Part shown: one piece after another, positions 26,070 to 37,779 of the stretch
Position numbering within the stretch: position 1 is the first letter of the stretch
Layout of the letters: every line of letters begins with the position of its first letter
Assembly (NCBI GenBank): GCA_036172245.1
Contig: JAYWIR010000028.1
Location: 1,178,001 to 1,242,000, forward strand
Origin: Raillietiella orientalis
Taxonomy: Eukaryota
Length of the DNA stretch: 64,000 nt
Direction of reading: 5' to 3'
Translations under genes and position numbers: made by a program
Notes under the pieces: model-generated
Database searches by the model: none
What the model was told of the DNA's origin: nothing
Seen by the model: only the letters and a program-made list of their open reading frames with translations

Positions 26070-26930
26070 CAGCGAGCACAGGAGGCATATGAGGGTTCCA
26101 TTCCCGAAGGTCGCAGGGGGACACAGGGGGATGACGGATCTCGGGAAGTGAGTGTCCTGGATAGGGCTGAGTGATTCCCCACCCTCGGACCCTGGCTCTG
26201 ATCAGGGTGCCTTCTCTCTCCCCTTCCCCTCCCCTCTTTCACCTGCAAAGTTCGAGGCTCTCGCTCGTCTCTCGTGAGAGCGTACGCGCGCACATCCCTC
26301 GCCCTCGGCGCGCAAACGGGGAGGCTTCCAGGGGAGCGAGTGTGAGCGTGACAGATGAGGACCGTCCTGGACCGCTCACCTTCCGACGCGTGTCTCATAA
26401 ATTCTATTTCCGGACGGCTCTCAGTTATTTCAAGATGAGATGGGATCAACGGCGGGAGATCGTCGCTTCCCTTCCGTCTGGTTCGAGTTCCCCGTTGATG
26501 ATGGGAGAGTTCTCCCTCTTCTTCCTCCTCCTCCCCCTCGAACCGGATGCAGGCGGGAGCTCCAAATTTCTTCCTGGAATTCTCCCCTCTCCCCCCTTCC
26601 TTTTGTTGTTCCGCAGAGTTTACGACTTCCTCCGGTTCAGGGATGCGCTTTTTTGGTGGCTCTGGAGCCAGATGGACCTCCCGCCGTCTCCCAGCGGGGT
26701 TCGCGGAAAAGCGGGTTCCGGAGGGATCCGACGCGGAAGCATGTCCGGAGCGGGGATGACGATCGGGAGAAGAAGGGAGCGGGGCTTCCTGCTTCCTCTC
26801 GAGGAGGAACCCGGGAAACCGAAGAGCAGCCTGGGGAGACAGCGTCCGGGAGGCTGCACGGCCATGCAGGCAGACGCTGGTTCTCAAAGGGCCCTCACGG
26901 AGGCGCTGCAGGAGGCTAGCCTTCTCTTCG
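26070..26930 (+). pseudogene. N: Phenuivirus-like N EVE
   Basis: EAYEGSIP (~26083), TLALIR, GPLTFRRVSHKFYFRTA (cf. ELTLSRVAAALAGWTC), SPLMMGEFSLFFLLLP. Confidence 0.65.
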
Positions 26931-27129
26931 GGGTGGCGGGGGTTCCGGGGCGACTCCAACGGAGGAAGGGGCGGCGTCCTGGGAGCGTCTTCCGGGACAG
27001 AGAAACCGGGAAGCAGGGTACGGGAGAACGGAACGTGTTCGGTGCGCCCATCTTCTCCATCCCTCCTTCCTCCCTCGGGATCCTGTTCTCCCTCCTCTCT
27101 CCTCTTCCCTGAAGGGGGGAGGAAGAAGA

Positions 27130-27900
27130 TGTCTGGCTAAGTTCGAAGGTGGGTCCTTTCGTTCCCAATATCGTCTCGGAGCGGGCGCCGGGGGCATCCG
27201 TCGGCGTTAGCGCCGCTGCCGCCGAGGTATCCCATGGAGAGGGGCTCGTCAACGCAGGCGTCTGGACCTGAGCGTCTCCATGGAGACAGATTCGTCATTC
27301 GCGAGGCGGCGTTGGCGGCGGGAGGTCCGAGCTGTGCCTCGGCTGGATTGCGCTGAGCGGGGGTGGGAGATGGTGGTGAGACGGCAGCCGTCGTCACGGG
27401 AACCGGTTCGCTCTGTTGAGAGAGTCCCTTCTGCAGTGGGTTCCTGCCAAGGTGCATCCTCTACATTGCCCCATTATCTCCCGTTTCTTCTCTCCGGGTC
27501 GCCTTCCTTCGTCAGGGACTCCAGGTAGGGTTGTGACGCGGAGGATCGCTCCCATCCTCGCGTTTCCGGACGGGAGGAGCCCTAGAGCGCCTTGCGTGGT
27601 CCAGAAGGGATCAGCCCATTCCTCCTCCTCAAAAGGATACTCTCCTCTCCGGAGACACCCCTCCAACGACTTTTTCTTCCTACTCCCAGAACATTCCCCT
27701 CCTCCCTATCCCCCAGGATGGATTATCTACTTTCCCGAGGCCTCCCCATGGTCGGTGAGCGCTTCACCTGTTCTTCCCTTTCCTCGAAGTCACACTCAAT
27801 TGTGGAGGAGTCCGGGTCAGCAGGAGGAGGTCGCAAATCGTTGCATTCCGTTCTTACACGCTGGATGCGGACCGACCCTCCATGGTACGCTCTGTACCTG
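27130..27900 (+). pseudogene. N: Phenuivirus-like N EVE
   Basis: GPFVPNIV, WIAL/ERG, RVVTRRIAPILAF, YSPLRRHPSNDFFFLLP. Confidence 0.5.
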
Positions 27901-28550
27901 ATCTGATCTGACCTGACCTACCCGGGGATGGAGCATCCAGAGGTTCGTCCTTCCCGAGGGAGGTCTGAGCCTCCCGGCTCGTGGCGAAGGCCCTGATCCC
28001 CCCTTTGCGAGAGCAAATTTCTGTTTCCCGTGGGGCGGCAGCAGCTTCGCCTTTCCTCTCTTTCTGTCCTTTTCTATTTCTCCCGGAGGCTGTTGGGTGC
28101 ACCCTGAGGTCACCGAGCTGATGATCCAAGGTCTCTGGGACTGCTCCGGATCGAAGGCGCGGCTGAAGGACTGTGTCCTTCCTTGCCAGGACGAGGGTCT
28201 GAACTTGCTCGCCGAACGGGTGCAGATGCAGCATCGTTCCGGGATTGGACCCTCGTGGTGAAGACACAGAGCCCCACTGGTGTCTATTCTAAACGCGCAC
28301 TCTCGAGGGATGCCGTAAGCCGAGGAGAACTTTCGTCCATTCTCCCACGCAACCTGCGACGAGGTCGAGTGCCATCTCTGCTTCTGATGGCGTCGCTGCT
28401 GTAGGATCACGACTGCATATTCTGTCGCCCACTTGTCAGGAACGCTCAGCAGTAGGAGCCACTGGAAACGTGGAGGCTCTCCCTCAGGAGCCGCGTGGAC
28501 CCTAGGAAGCAGGTCGTACCCCCGGAAGGTGATGTATCCCTCCTCCACTG
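27900..28550 (-). pseudogene. N: Phenuivirus-like N EVE, long open frame (243 aa ORF)
   Basis: YITFRGYDLLPRV (cf. FAYQGFDARRV), DKWATEYAVVIL (cf. DWEKDAKKMIV), AYGIPRE, QSFSRAFDPE (cf. PSFAGMVDPS). Confidence 0.65.
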
Positions 28551-28579
28551 AAACTCTCGCGAGCCTGGAGGAACCCCGC

Positions 28580-29200
28580 TTGGGCTAAATACTCGAAGAT
28601 GCTCTCCTGTTTCTCAGAACCAGAGCCCGGCCATCCAGACGTCACGCGTTCTGAGTCCTTTACTGCATCGGCGGGAGAAGGGAGAGGGAACAGCCCTGAG
28701 GCATGGAAGACGTGGGCGGGAAGATCTGACTGATGGCCCAACAACATGGACGGAGTTTCCCGTGGCAGCTCCAAGATCTTGGGTTCCCTGGTGGGTGCTT
28801 CCGTTCTCCCTCTTCGTCAGCAGAGGTCTTGCCACCTCTCTGGTGCGCTGGGAACGTCCCCTTCCTCATTGATGGGAAACGTACCCTGCTTCGGTGAAGA
28901 GTGTCCGAGGGATGAGCCTGCAGCGGAATAGCGGCGATCACTCCGCATGTGCTCTTGGAGTGCCCCGGAGGCTGCATCCGGGGTGGAAGCGCACCTTGGA
29001 GGCGCTTTGCTCTTTTCCTCTGCTTCCTCTTAACACTCAGATTCGCATCTCCGGACTCACCACCGCCTGGTCGCTGGCGATTGTCCTCCACACCGGAAGC
29101 AGCGACGATCTCCAAGATGGAGGAAGGGTGGGACCTCCGCCATCCCTGTGAGCCGCCCGGGATCGCCATCGCCTGCACGCGAAAGGCAGCGGAGCGGTCC
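28580..29200 (-). pseudogene. N: Phenuivirus-like N EVE
   Basis: AFRVQA, SGDANLSVKRK, STCGVIAAIP, RFPSMRKGTFPA, WAISQIFP, LPPMQ. Confidence 0.4.
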
Positions 29201-29439
29201 GATCTGGGATATGGGGTGCAGTGGGGCTGCCTTCGGACGGCTGTGCGCAGACACGTCTGACGCCGGAGCACGCAGCACTCACGATTCTCCTACGAAAGCC
29301 CTCGGGAATCATGCCGGGTGCCGAGGGGCCGGTTCCCACGCACTGCCCCTCCCTTCTCCCTAGTTTCGTCCCCAGCAAGGGTGCCGCCAAACGCCCCTTG
29401 GGAGAGAGCCGACACATGTCGGTCTCCAGCTGCATCTAT

Positions 29440-30110
29440 CCCTACTTATTTTCAAGGAATGGCCCGGCTAGCCGGGATGAGAAACTTCCTCCCCGCTGCC
29501 CGCCTCAGGACTGAAGTTTTCAGATCATCGCAGGGGTTTGTCCCTGGACAGAAGAAAGGGATGTCCCCTCCCTTCCTCATCCTCTTTCCCCACTTCCTGT
29601 TCTCCGGTCCCACCACCCACGAGTCCGTGTGCCATGGAGATGCTCCGCACTTCCAGAGGCGTGCTTAGGGCAGAGGGGAGAGGGAAGCTCCTTGGTGAAG
29701 GGGGGGGAGAAGGAGGACGAACGTCTCCGTTCTCTTCTCCCAGTGACACCTTCGTCAATCCTAGGAAGATTTCGTTTGCAGAGATCCTGAGGGAAGATCT
29801 CTCACCGAGTTCACCTCCCCATTTTTTATGAGCCGAAACCCTCCTAGGGAATGCGCTCCCTCTCTTCCCAGATTTGGTCAGCGGAGGACCCTCGTGCTGA
29901 GGAGAGCAGGAGGCCAGGTCTCTTCTTCATCGAGGGGAAGAAGTGATCCCTTCTTCCAGCAGCAGAGTGGCCGATATGTCCTTTAGCCACTCTCCAGAAA
30001 CCCGCCCTCTCCCTCAGGAACCACGTGGACCCCAGGATGAGTCCGACCCAGGATGAGGGTCGTACCCCCAGAAGGCTGTTCTCCCCCCTCTCTCCACTGA
30101 AACTCCCTCA
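29440..30110 (-). pseudogene. N: Phenuivirus-like N EVE (close paralog of the 27.9-28.55 kb copy)
   Basis: TAFWGYDP, GEWLKDISATLLLEEG (cf. ADWEKDAKKMIVLALTRG), SLRISA, RRAAGRKFLIPASR. Nucleotide similarity to 28470-28560. Confidence 0.65.
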
Positions 30111-30689
30111 AGCCCGGTGACCTGAGGCAGGAAACGCTCCCTAAGGAGGCATCTCCCCGGAGCACCCTGTGGGCCTCCCAAAGTCCCTGCCGCGAGCGGA
30201 GGCACGTGAGTCGGCGATCTGTCGGAACCAGTGGCGCCGCGAGAGCCGGCGAAGCCGCCATGGCCCGCTCCCCTTGGGTGCGTGCGGTCACTCGCTCCTC
30301 CCCCTTACTCCCGCCTTCCGGGGAGGGACCGGGTCATGCAAGAGGAGAGGTCACAGTTCCGGTCACGATGTTCCCTCTCCTGCGTGCCCACAGGCAAGGC
30401 CGTTCCTTCCGCGCTCATGTGACCGGACGAGGCTCGCGCCGCCCTCGGTGGCTCCGAGAAACCGCCGCTAAGGTGGTCGCCTCCACGCTATGCGGTGGCG
30501 ATGTCAGCGCCCGACGGCACGACTTGGGGGCAGGCGATTCCTGTTAGGACTTTCTCTCCTTGGGAGTCTCCTGAGGGAGAGGACGAGTGGTGGGCGAACG
30601 CGGCTCGCTATTCTTGGCACCGACCCCGCACGCTATTCTTCGGGAGCGCCCCCCATCACCCCTTCTCCTGAGTCCCGAGGTGAGTCCTA

Positions 30690-31450
30690 CCCCGTCGTCG
30701 GCTCAAGTTACAACCCGCAGGACAGTATTTGACGTCGAGTGGGAGGTGGGAGGTCCGGGATAGGGGGGGAGCTTCGAGACGGATGGACGCTCCTGGGCAG
30801 GGGGAACGATTCTCTGATCCGGGACATCTTCTAGTCCTTCCTCCGCCTCGAAAGGGTCGTGCTGCTGCCGCCTCCGAAAATCTGCCCGCGGTTCCTCTCC
30901 CCGAGGCATCTCCTAGCTCGCCTGGAAACCCCTTTCCAAGGCCGGCAGCATTTCTGTGTCCGTTCAGCCGAGCAGTTGCCGCGCACCGTCTCCATGACAT
31001 CCGGGAGGCCTCCAGCTCCGTCCCGGGGGAGGAGCAGTCCGCAACACCTTCTCCATCTCCCCCATTCACGGATGGCTCTGAGACGCGCTGTTCCGGCTCC
31101 TCGGAAAGCCATTTCCGGATGTCGCAGGCGTCTGGACCGTCGCATCCAAGCAACGGGCTGACTGCCTCCACCACATCGTCTTGGAGCACTGGACGGGGGT
31201 GGATGGGACTGATTCGTTTCTCCCGGGACTTACTGCGAGCACCTCCGATGCAGCGGTCCACATCGGCGTGGGTGAGGGACCGACTTTCGGGAGGAGTAGT
31301 CTCCAGGAGATCAGAGCAAAGGCACGAGACTTCGAAGAGAGGGGAAGCTGCAAGGCCGCAAGCGTGGAGGACGGGGAGAGACGCTTTCGGGTGTCTCTCG
31401 CGCAGGAAATCTTGCCCAGAGACTCGCCTGTCTTTCGATTGGGCCTTTCC
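30690..31450 (+). pseudogene. N: Phenuivirus-like N EVE
   Basis: GSSYNPQ, FSDPGHLLVLPPPRKG, PFSRAVAAH, GLIRFSRDL (cf. YLLQFSRVI). Confidence 0.5.
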
Positions 31451-31739
31451 TCGGAATCCACCAGCTGGTCAAGCGAGAAACCATCTGCTGGAGAAGCAAG
31501 GAGGAAGAGGAGGAGGGAGACAAGGGAGGAGGAGGCAAGGAATGGGTTGTTACTGAGCGCGCAAGAGCCCAGTCGGTATCTATCATGAGGGATCCGCAAG
31601 ATCATATTCCACGGTTGCCTGAGTCGGAGTGTGGAGTCTGAGGAGAGGCTTTTTCATCTGCATCTCCTCTCTCTCTCTCTCTCTTTTTCTTCTACATACT
31701 CTGGAAGACGTAATTTCTTTACGGATCGCCTGTGGTCAT

Positions 31740-32570
31740 CGCGCGGTGGAGGCATCGAACCGTTCGCTGAGCAGCCGCTCTGAAAGTACAGATCTCGCCT
31801 GGTAACGAAGTTGTGACTGCAGCAGTAGCGCACGGGTGCCCAAGGTGACAAGATCCACACGCTCGGCTGGTGGAAGATCTTTTTTTCTTTCTTTTCTCTG
31901 CTTCCCTTTCCGCCCGCTTGTTCTGCCGGGCGTTGTCGCCAGCGAAGTCGCGTGGCGCGTAATAATGAAATAATAATAATAATAATAATGAAAACCGTTA
32001 ATCCAGGAAATGCCTGCTTACGGTTAATCCCTTTCGAGCCTCAGGAGGGCCAGGTGGTTTGCTCCGCTGCAAGCGTTCCTCTCAAAGCGAAGGGGTTAAT
32101 CACCCTCCGGTTGCTTTACGGATACGTTTTCTCACGTGTGCCGAGGTAAGAAGAGGCAGGGCAGCCGTGCAAGAAGGAAAAATTCGGGGGGAAGTCCCGC
32201 CCACCTTGCGTAGCGCCAAACGCCAAAAGAAGAAAAAAAGGACGGACGCAGTCGTCTCCGCCTGTTCTTGAGGCCATCTTAGTGAGGATGGAAGCTCCGT
32301 GGTCGCCAGTGTCCCACGTGTCGGCAGGGTTCCTCGGGACATGCCCATCACGGGACCTCATGCCACACCGAGTTTCGTCTGCGTTCGATTGCCACCCGGG
32401 TGCGCCGGGACGTTTATTTCATAAAAAAAAATCATAGTCTCTGTGGTTAGATAGGTGCTCGAACCGAGTGCATTGTAACGGAGGCCTGCCGGGTTACCCA
32501 TACACAGAACAATGGGGTCCGCCACGGCAGCAGAATGGGGGGAGGGGAAGCAAGCGAAAAAAAGAGAAAC
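31740..32570 (+). pseudogene. Possible highly decayed phenuivirus-like N EVE
   Basis: EPFAEQPL, LITLRLL, VPRDMP; interrupted by an (AAT)n repeat at ~31960-31990. Weak match. Confidence 0.25.
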
Positions 32571-32577
32571 AAAAATA

Positions 32578-32905
32578 CAGTGGTACCTCGGTACTCGTCG
32601 GCAATTCGTTCCGGAACTCGTGACGAGTACCGAAACTGACGTGTACCGAACGAATTTGTCAAGACCCATGATTAGCGCTTAAAATGCACAGAAAGCACAA
32701 AAAAATGCACGATTCGAGAGACACGGAAGTGTTTGGCCCCGTTCGCGAGCTATCATGAGATGAAAGCATTCACTTGTTTCGTCATGAGAGTGGGGTGTCG
32801 AATACCGAGCAATTGGGCCGAGTATCGAAACATTTTCTTTCGTCAAAACGCTACGAGTACTGAGTTTGATGAGTTCCAACACCATCGAGTACCGAGGTAT
32901 CACTG
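32578..32905. mobile_element. pogo/Tigger-like MITE (Tc1/mariner superfamily), 328 bp, non-autonomous
   Basis: TA target-site duplication (32576-77 and 32906-07). TIRs are CAGTGGTACCTCGGTACTCG and, as reverse complement, CAGTGATACCTCGGTACTCG. Repeated subterminal cgagtaccga-like motifs; no transposase ORF. Confidence 0.9.
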
Positions 32906-32914
32906 TAAAAGAAA

Positions 32915-33760
32915 ATAAACAAATTTGGAGGGTGCGGGAAGGGATCACGTTCTGCGGGGGGCGGTCCTCTGCATCTGCATCCTCTGCAGGATGCCGGCAA
33001 ACTCTTACTGCATACAGTGCTTCAGCTGGGGCCATCTCGGTGCCATCCTCACGAAGCGGATGGCAAAGTGAATGGCATTCCTGTCACTGTGCGATCCTCT
33101 TGCGTCGCTCCAGGCAGCTACAAAGAGCTACTGGAGAGGCTGCGAGCCGAAGGGCATCGCGAAAGAAGAGGGGTTTCAGAGTGTTCCTGAGGTTGCGGCA
33201 AAGTGTTTCCAGAAAGGCTGGAGGGCAACGTAATTTACAAGCAGGATTCGCGCCCCCCGAATCTGCCACAGTGCTGGTCCACGCACCCCCGTGTCGAATG
33301 ATGCCGGAAGGCATTGCACGGGAGACCCCAGTGCAGCAGCATCAGCTCTGATTCCTGCCACTTCAAGGAGATGATGTGCGTGTCCAAAAGCGCCGGGGAC
33401 ACTGCAGATCTTCCTCAGGAACACCTAGTAGCTCGTCCCATCGCAAAAGTCCTCGGGTTGGGGTACTCAAGGTCGCAGCGTCTGTAAGCTGGCCCGTCGT
33501 CCACTCGCCCAGTCCTTTTCTTCTGCGGTTGAAGGACGCGTGACCGCGCGCGTCTGTGGCTATGGGATGTCTGGCAGGTTGCTTCCGAGGGATGTGGCTG
33601 CTAGGCTTCCCTCCTCCCGTGGTGGCCTCTCGCAGTATGGTTGCTTCTTCCGCACGCTCTCCTCCTCGCTACTAGATCGGAGTCACCCCGAGGGACAGAG
33701 GTCTCCTCGCAGATCTTCCGTCCTGGGGACTGGCGCCACCTTGGTATACTCTTGAAGCTC
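32915..33760 (-). pseudogene. N: Phenuivirus-like N EVE (paralog of the 13.3-14.05 kb copy)
   Basis: VYQGGASP, LAATSLGSNL, WDEL/VFLRKICSVPG, GSPVQCLPASFDTGV, VAAWSDARGSHSDR (cf. NAAVNSNFISHEKR), RWPQL..MQ*EFAGILQRMQ. Confidence 0.65.
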
Positions 33761-34579
33761 GTCGGTTCTCTTGGCTCACCTGGCTGCTCCTGGACCTCCT
33801 TGGAAGGGGTGATGCAGGATGGATGTGGGCAACCGTTCGCTCCCCGACTGTCTTCTGCTTCCATGCTGCTGCTCCTCCATATGGTCCGTTGGGAACGCCC
33901 TCAAGTGTAGCACCTCCAGTCTCTCGATTGGCTTGTGACCGCCCTCGTCACTGTGGCACCACCGCTGATCCTCGGCTGGGTTGCAGTCCACCTCCGAGTA
34001 CGCTCTCAGGGTGCGTTGTCAGCCCAGCTTCAGCCCGGGCGGTTCTTTGGCTGACTCCGGGCCCTCGGGTGTGGAGCATGGCCCTTTTTGCACCTTGGGT
34101 CCCATCAATGTTTTCCTATGACCCGCGCCTGGGTGGAGGAATTTCCATAGTGATCGGGACCGGGAACACTGCTCTGCCGACTGTGGCAGGAGCTTCAATC
34201 CTTTTCTCCTGCGCATCGGATAAGGGTCAGAGACTGCTTGTGAGTTGATCCAGCGCTGCTTAACGGTCCGTTCGAGGGACATTTGCGCGAGGGTGAGCGC
34301 GCGAACCCTGTACCGACCGACCTTTGGGAGTCGTCTCGGCCCACTCCCTCTGCCAGTCGATCCGGAAAGGAAAAGCGGGGTCGGGGAACAAGGTGAAACG
34401 GGAAGGCAGGCGGCAGTCAGTAGGAAGGGAAGGGGGAGGAAAACGAAGGAGGAGTTCGATCAAGAGGAACCCTTGGCTGGCCCTCTCCCACCTCTTGCCC
34501 TGCAAGAAGGGCAAGCTCGAAGCAGTTCTCTCCCACGAGAGGCGCGCCCTTGAATGGGTCAGCGGCCCTTTCGCCACTC

Positions 34580-35350
34580 CACGGTTCCTTCCTACAGGAG
34601 ATGCTATATGACGAGTGGGCAGAGCCCAGGGACTTCGGGGTCGTCTACCGAGAGCTTCCGCGTACCGAGATCCTCCGGGAGACAGAGGAACAGAGAGATG
34701 GCGAATCGGGTGAAGTCCCCAGGGTGTATCTTGAGCTCTCTCGGCCACTCGTCGCCTTCGGGATACCCTATCCCTCCCTTTTTCCTCCTCTCTTACTCTT
34801 TTAGCTTTCCTTTTCCGGATCCGCGGCGGCGGCGGCAATGGCTTGCCTCTTTTTTGGAGGGAGTCCCGCCCCGGTCGCGAGAGATGAGGTTCCGCCCATC
34901 CCCGCGGAACGGCGCTCTCACCTGCCCCCTCAAGCGTGCCTTTCTGCGGCTGAAGGGGGAGCCTCTTCGAGCGCAGCTCGAGAAAGCGCAGTAATTCGGA
35001 CGGGGACCAGCCGAGGTTCCCTCTCCCCAGCTTGGCACCTTGGCAGCTTCTGCAGCTGCAGCTCTCGGGGCACTAAGACGCCGCCTGCCGCCTACTCGCC
35101 ATTGAAGGCGAGTGGTTCAAAGGACGGGGGGAGGCGGGGGGAGGGGGGGAGGAAGGGAGAAGGAAAGAAACGCGAGAACCCCGAGGAGCTGAGCACTGCG
35201 ATTTTCCGAGGTCGTTCAGGGAGCAGATGTCGCACTGCAGGTCAGAGGGACTCGAGGTATCCCCAGAGATTCCACATAGGTTTCTGGATCTCTTCCCCCT
35301 CCGTTTCAGAAAGATCTCAAGTTCTCCAGGAAGCTCAACCACGTGACTGA
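34580..35350 (+). pseudogene. N: Phenuivirus-like N EVE
   Basis: FLQEMLYDE, PLVAFG, NGALTCPLKRAF, PSPQLGTL, FHIGFWISSPSVSERSQVL. Confidence 0.45.
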
Positions 35351-35539
35351 CGTCCTTGGGGTCATGGGAAGTGTTCCTCAACCGCCGACTAGTCCCTATC
35401 GATTCCTCTCCGAACCCCTCCAAGAGGCAGAAACCAGAAGGGAGAGGCGGCTCCTCTCTTCCGCTCCCCTCTCCAATCCTCACGAACCATTGTGGCCGCC
35501 TGCTGTTGCTTAGGAAACGCCACGTTGGCGAAGAAGAGC

Positions 35540-36290
35540 CCGCCTAGGATAGCGGATGGCGGCGTTCTCTCCAGAGGTCGGCCAGACAAGCCTGAGGCCA
35601 TATTCCGCAGGCTCTCTCTCCAGCCGGACAGAGGGAGACGGTGGCCGCAACAATCCTAGGCACCGACGCCGCGCGAGTAGGAAATAGTTCGCCGGACCAC
35701 CGCCGGCTGCCGCATGTTCCTTCCCGCTCCGACCCCACTCCCCGCGACCGCGTTCACTCCCAGGGCTACCGCCTCCCACATCGCCTCCCGGAAACGGCGC
35801 TCCTTGGAGCGATTGCTCGCTCCTGGCTACAGCTCAGGGAACCCTGGAGCGTGGAGTGGACCATGGATTCCTCTTCGATGGAACGAGGGAAGAGGAGGAA
35901 GGGAAGGGGAAGGGAGCTGGCTGAGTCATCACGGCATCCCCGGATTCTTCCAGGAGGACCTCAAGTTGTCTGCTTTGCTGGAAGCATTTTACCCCCCTGG
36001 AGGTTTCCCCTGGTGTCCCCGCTGTGCTGCGAATTGGCAGCAGCGAGATGGCTGGGAAAACGGGAAAGCATAAGGACTCTCGTGAGAGGAGGGTGGACGG
36101 GCGGACGGTAGCGATCGGGAGGGAAGACCAAGGGGGACAGGGGAGGGATCCCGGAAGATTTCGAGGCAGCGAAAGCAGCTCCATGGAAACGGGAAAGGAA
36201 AGGAAGGGAGTCAGGAAAAGGTGGCGGGAGAGGAACGATCCCTGCAGTCCCGAAATGGCCTTCCAGAAACAAGATCACCGTTGAATCTCC
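35540..36290 (+). pseudogene. N: Phenuivirus-like N EVE
   Basis: MAAFSPE, VAATILGTDAARV, TALLGAIARSW, GPQVVCFAGSILPP (cf. PRHMMHPSFAGMVDP). Confidence 0.55.
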
Positions 36291-36899
36291 GCTCTTTCTC
36301 CCCGCTATCCTTTCGTGCGACTGACCTCCCCAGAAATGCTTCTCTCGGGAAAGGGTAAGAAACCCTTCCAGTGGAAATCCTGATGGGAATGCGCAGAGAC
36401 GATCGCGCGCTCCCTTTCATCCCGGAGGAAGAACACAGAGACTATCCTGCGCGGCGACATCTCCCGAGCTCCATTTAGGGCGACCGAGGTGGGACGAAGT
36501 GGGATAAAGGCAGAGAAGTCACGTGCCAATGCAAAGGGACGAGAAGGAGTCTCCGGCGGATATGGGAAGGTTTTCTTTCAAAGCAAAACCAGGAAGAGAA
36601 ATGACGTTCTTGCAGGAAGGTGCACCAGGAAGCGCCAGCACGGAGGAACCTCCCCTTTCCTCCAGAGACCCTCTCGTGACCGGAACGCTCTCGAGACGCA
36701 GGTCACGCCGCCAAGACGGTCCCTTCCCTTACCTGGTAGAGGGATGGTACTGGAAGATCCTGCTCACTAGTGCAGGAGATGTGGAAGAGATAAGGGCTGG
36801 CAAGGCGCGTGACCCGGTACGCAAGGGCGACCGGGTCACGCCTGCAGATCGGGCGTAGCTGGAATCTCACGCCCTAGAATCTGGAGCGATCGCGATGCC

Positions 36900-37660
36900 T
36901 CGCCGTCGTAGGAGATCCCTCCTCCTCCCCGCTCTCTCGCGCCTCCTCGTTGTCATGGCAGCAGAATTCTCCTTGCGGGCGCGCGCGGACAGCGTCTCTG
37001 GACTTGAGCTCCAGTCCTCTCTTTCCGTGGAGAGAGACCATCCCGAAGACAGAAGATGCCCAGGCATGCCGAGTGGCTCCGAAGTGGAAGAGGGCGGGAC
37101 ATGCTCAGTGGACCGCAGAGATGGTCCCTCCTCCTCCCCTTGTCCGAGTGGGGTGAGACAAAGGGAGAGCGGCGTTCCCTCTGCTGGCCCGCTCGTCTGA
37201 GGGTCCCTCGCCGCTCCAAAGCGATTCCTCTTCCTCTCCTCCGTCGCGGAACCGGCAGCCGGAAGCGACTCGCATCCGTCCCGCTGGGCCATCCTGCGCA
37301 CGCCCAGATGCGACGGCGACATACGGAGGCGCCGCCGCCTCCATCACCCGCCTTCTTTTCTTGCTCGGCCTCGTGAGCCAGGGTCACTAGAGTGGCATGA
37401 TCCTCTCGGAACTGCGTCTCTTCCGAGAGATCATGCGAGCAGAGGTCAACGTCCAGTTTCCTTCCAAAGATGTCGCCTTCGCCTCCCGGGTTCTTCCGAG
37501 AGGGAGAGGATCCAGAGGGGGATGATATGAGTGAGAAACCCGCTTCCGCCTGAAGGACACATCTCCTCGGACCCGCTCCCGGCCACCAACCGGCTCCTGT
37601 CGCCGGTCGCTGGAGGCGGTTGACCCCACCGTAGTAGCCATGGCCCTGTTTGTTTCCTGG
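36900..37660 (-). pseudogene. N: Phenuivirus-like N EVE
   Basis: HGYYGGVN, FSLISSPSGSSPSRK, LVTLAHEA, SSGWSLSTERE. Confidence 0.45.
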
Positions 37661-37779
37661 AAAGGAGGCCGTCTGCCTCATAGAGAAAGCCGGGTGGCTT
37701 CATCCTGACGAAGTGTCCCTCCTGTCATCGAGGCCCACCTCGAGCCCCGAGGATCTGGCGCGCCGGGAGGAGCCAACAT

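Noticed and set aside
33450..33510. Polinton/Maverick PolB-like DDGPAY..CDLEYP on the minus strand
   Set aside because: It is an isolated hit in an alternative frame of an N-like unit, with no other PolB, integrase or capsid motifs and no long TIRs.
36750..36800. 2A-like peptide LLTSAGDVEE
   Set aside because: It lacks the essential NPGP.
36300..36860. Possible partial N unit (TILRGDI, RDPLVTGTLSRR..PFP)
   Set aside because: Weak and truncated; not called.
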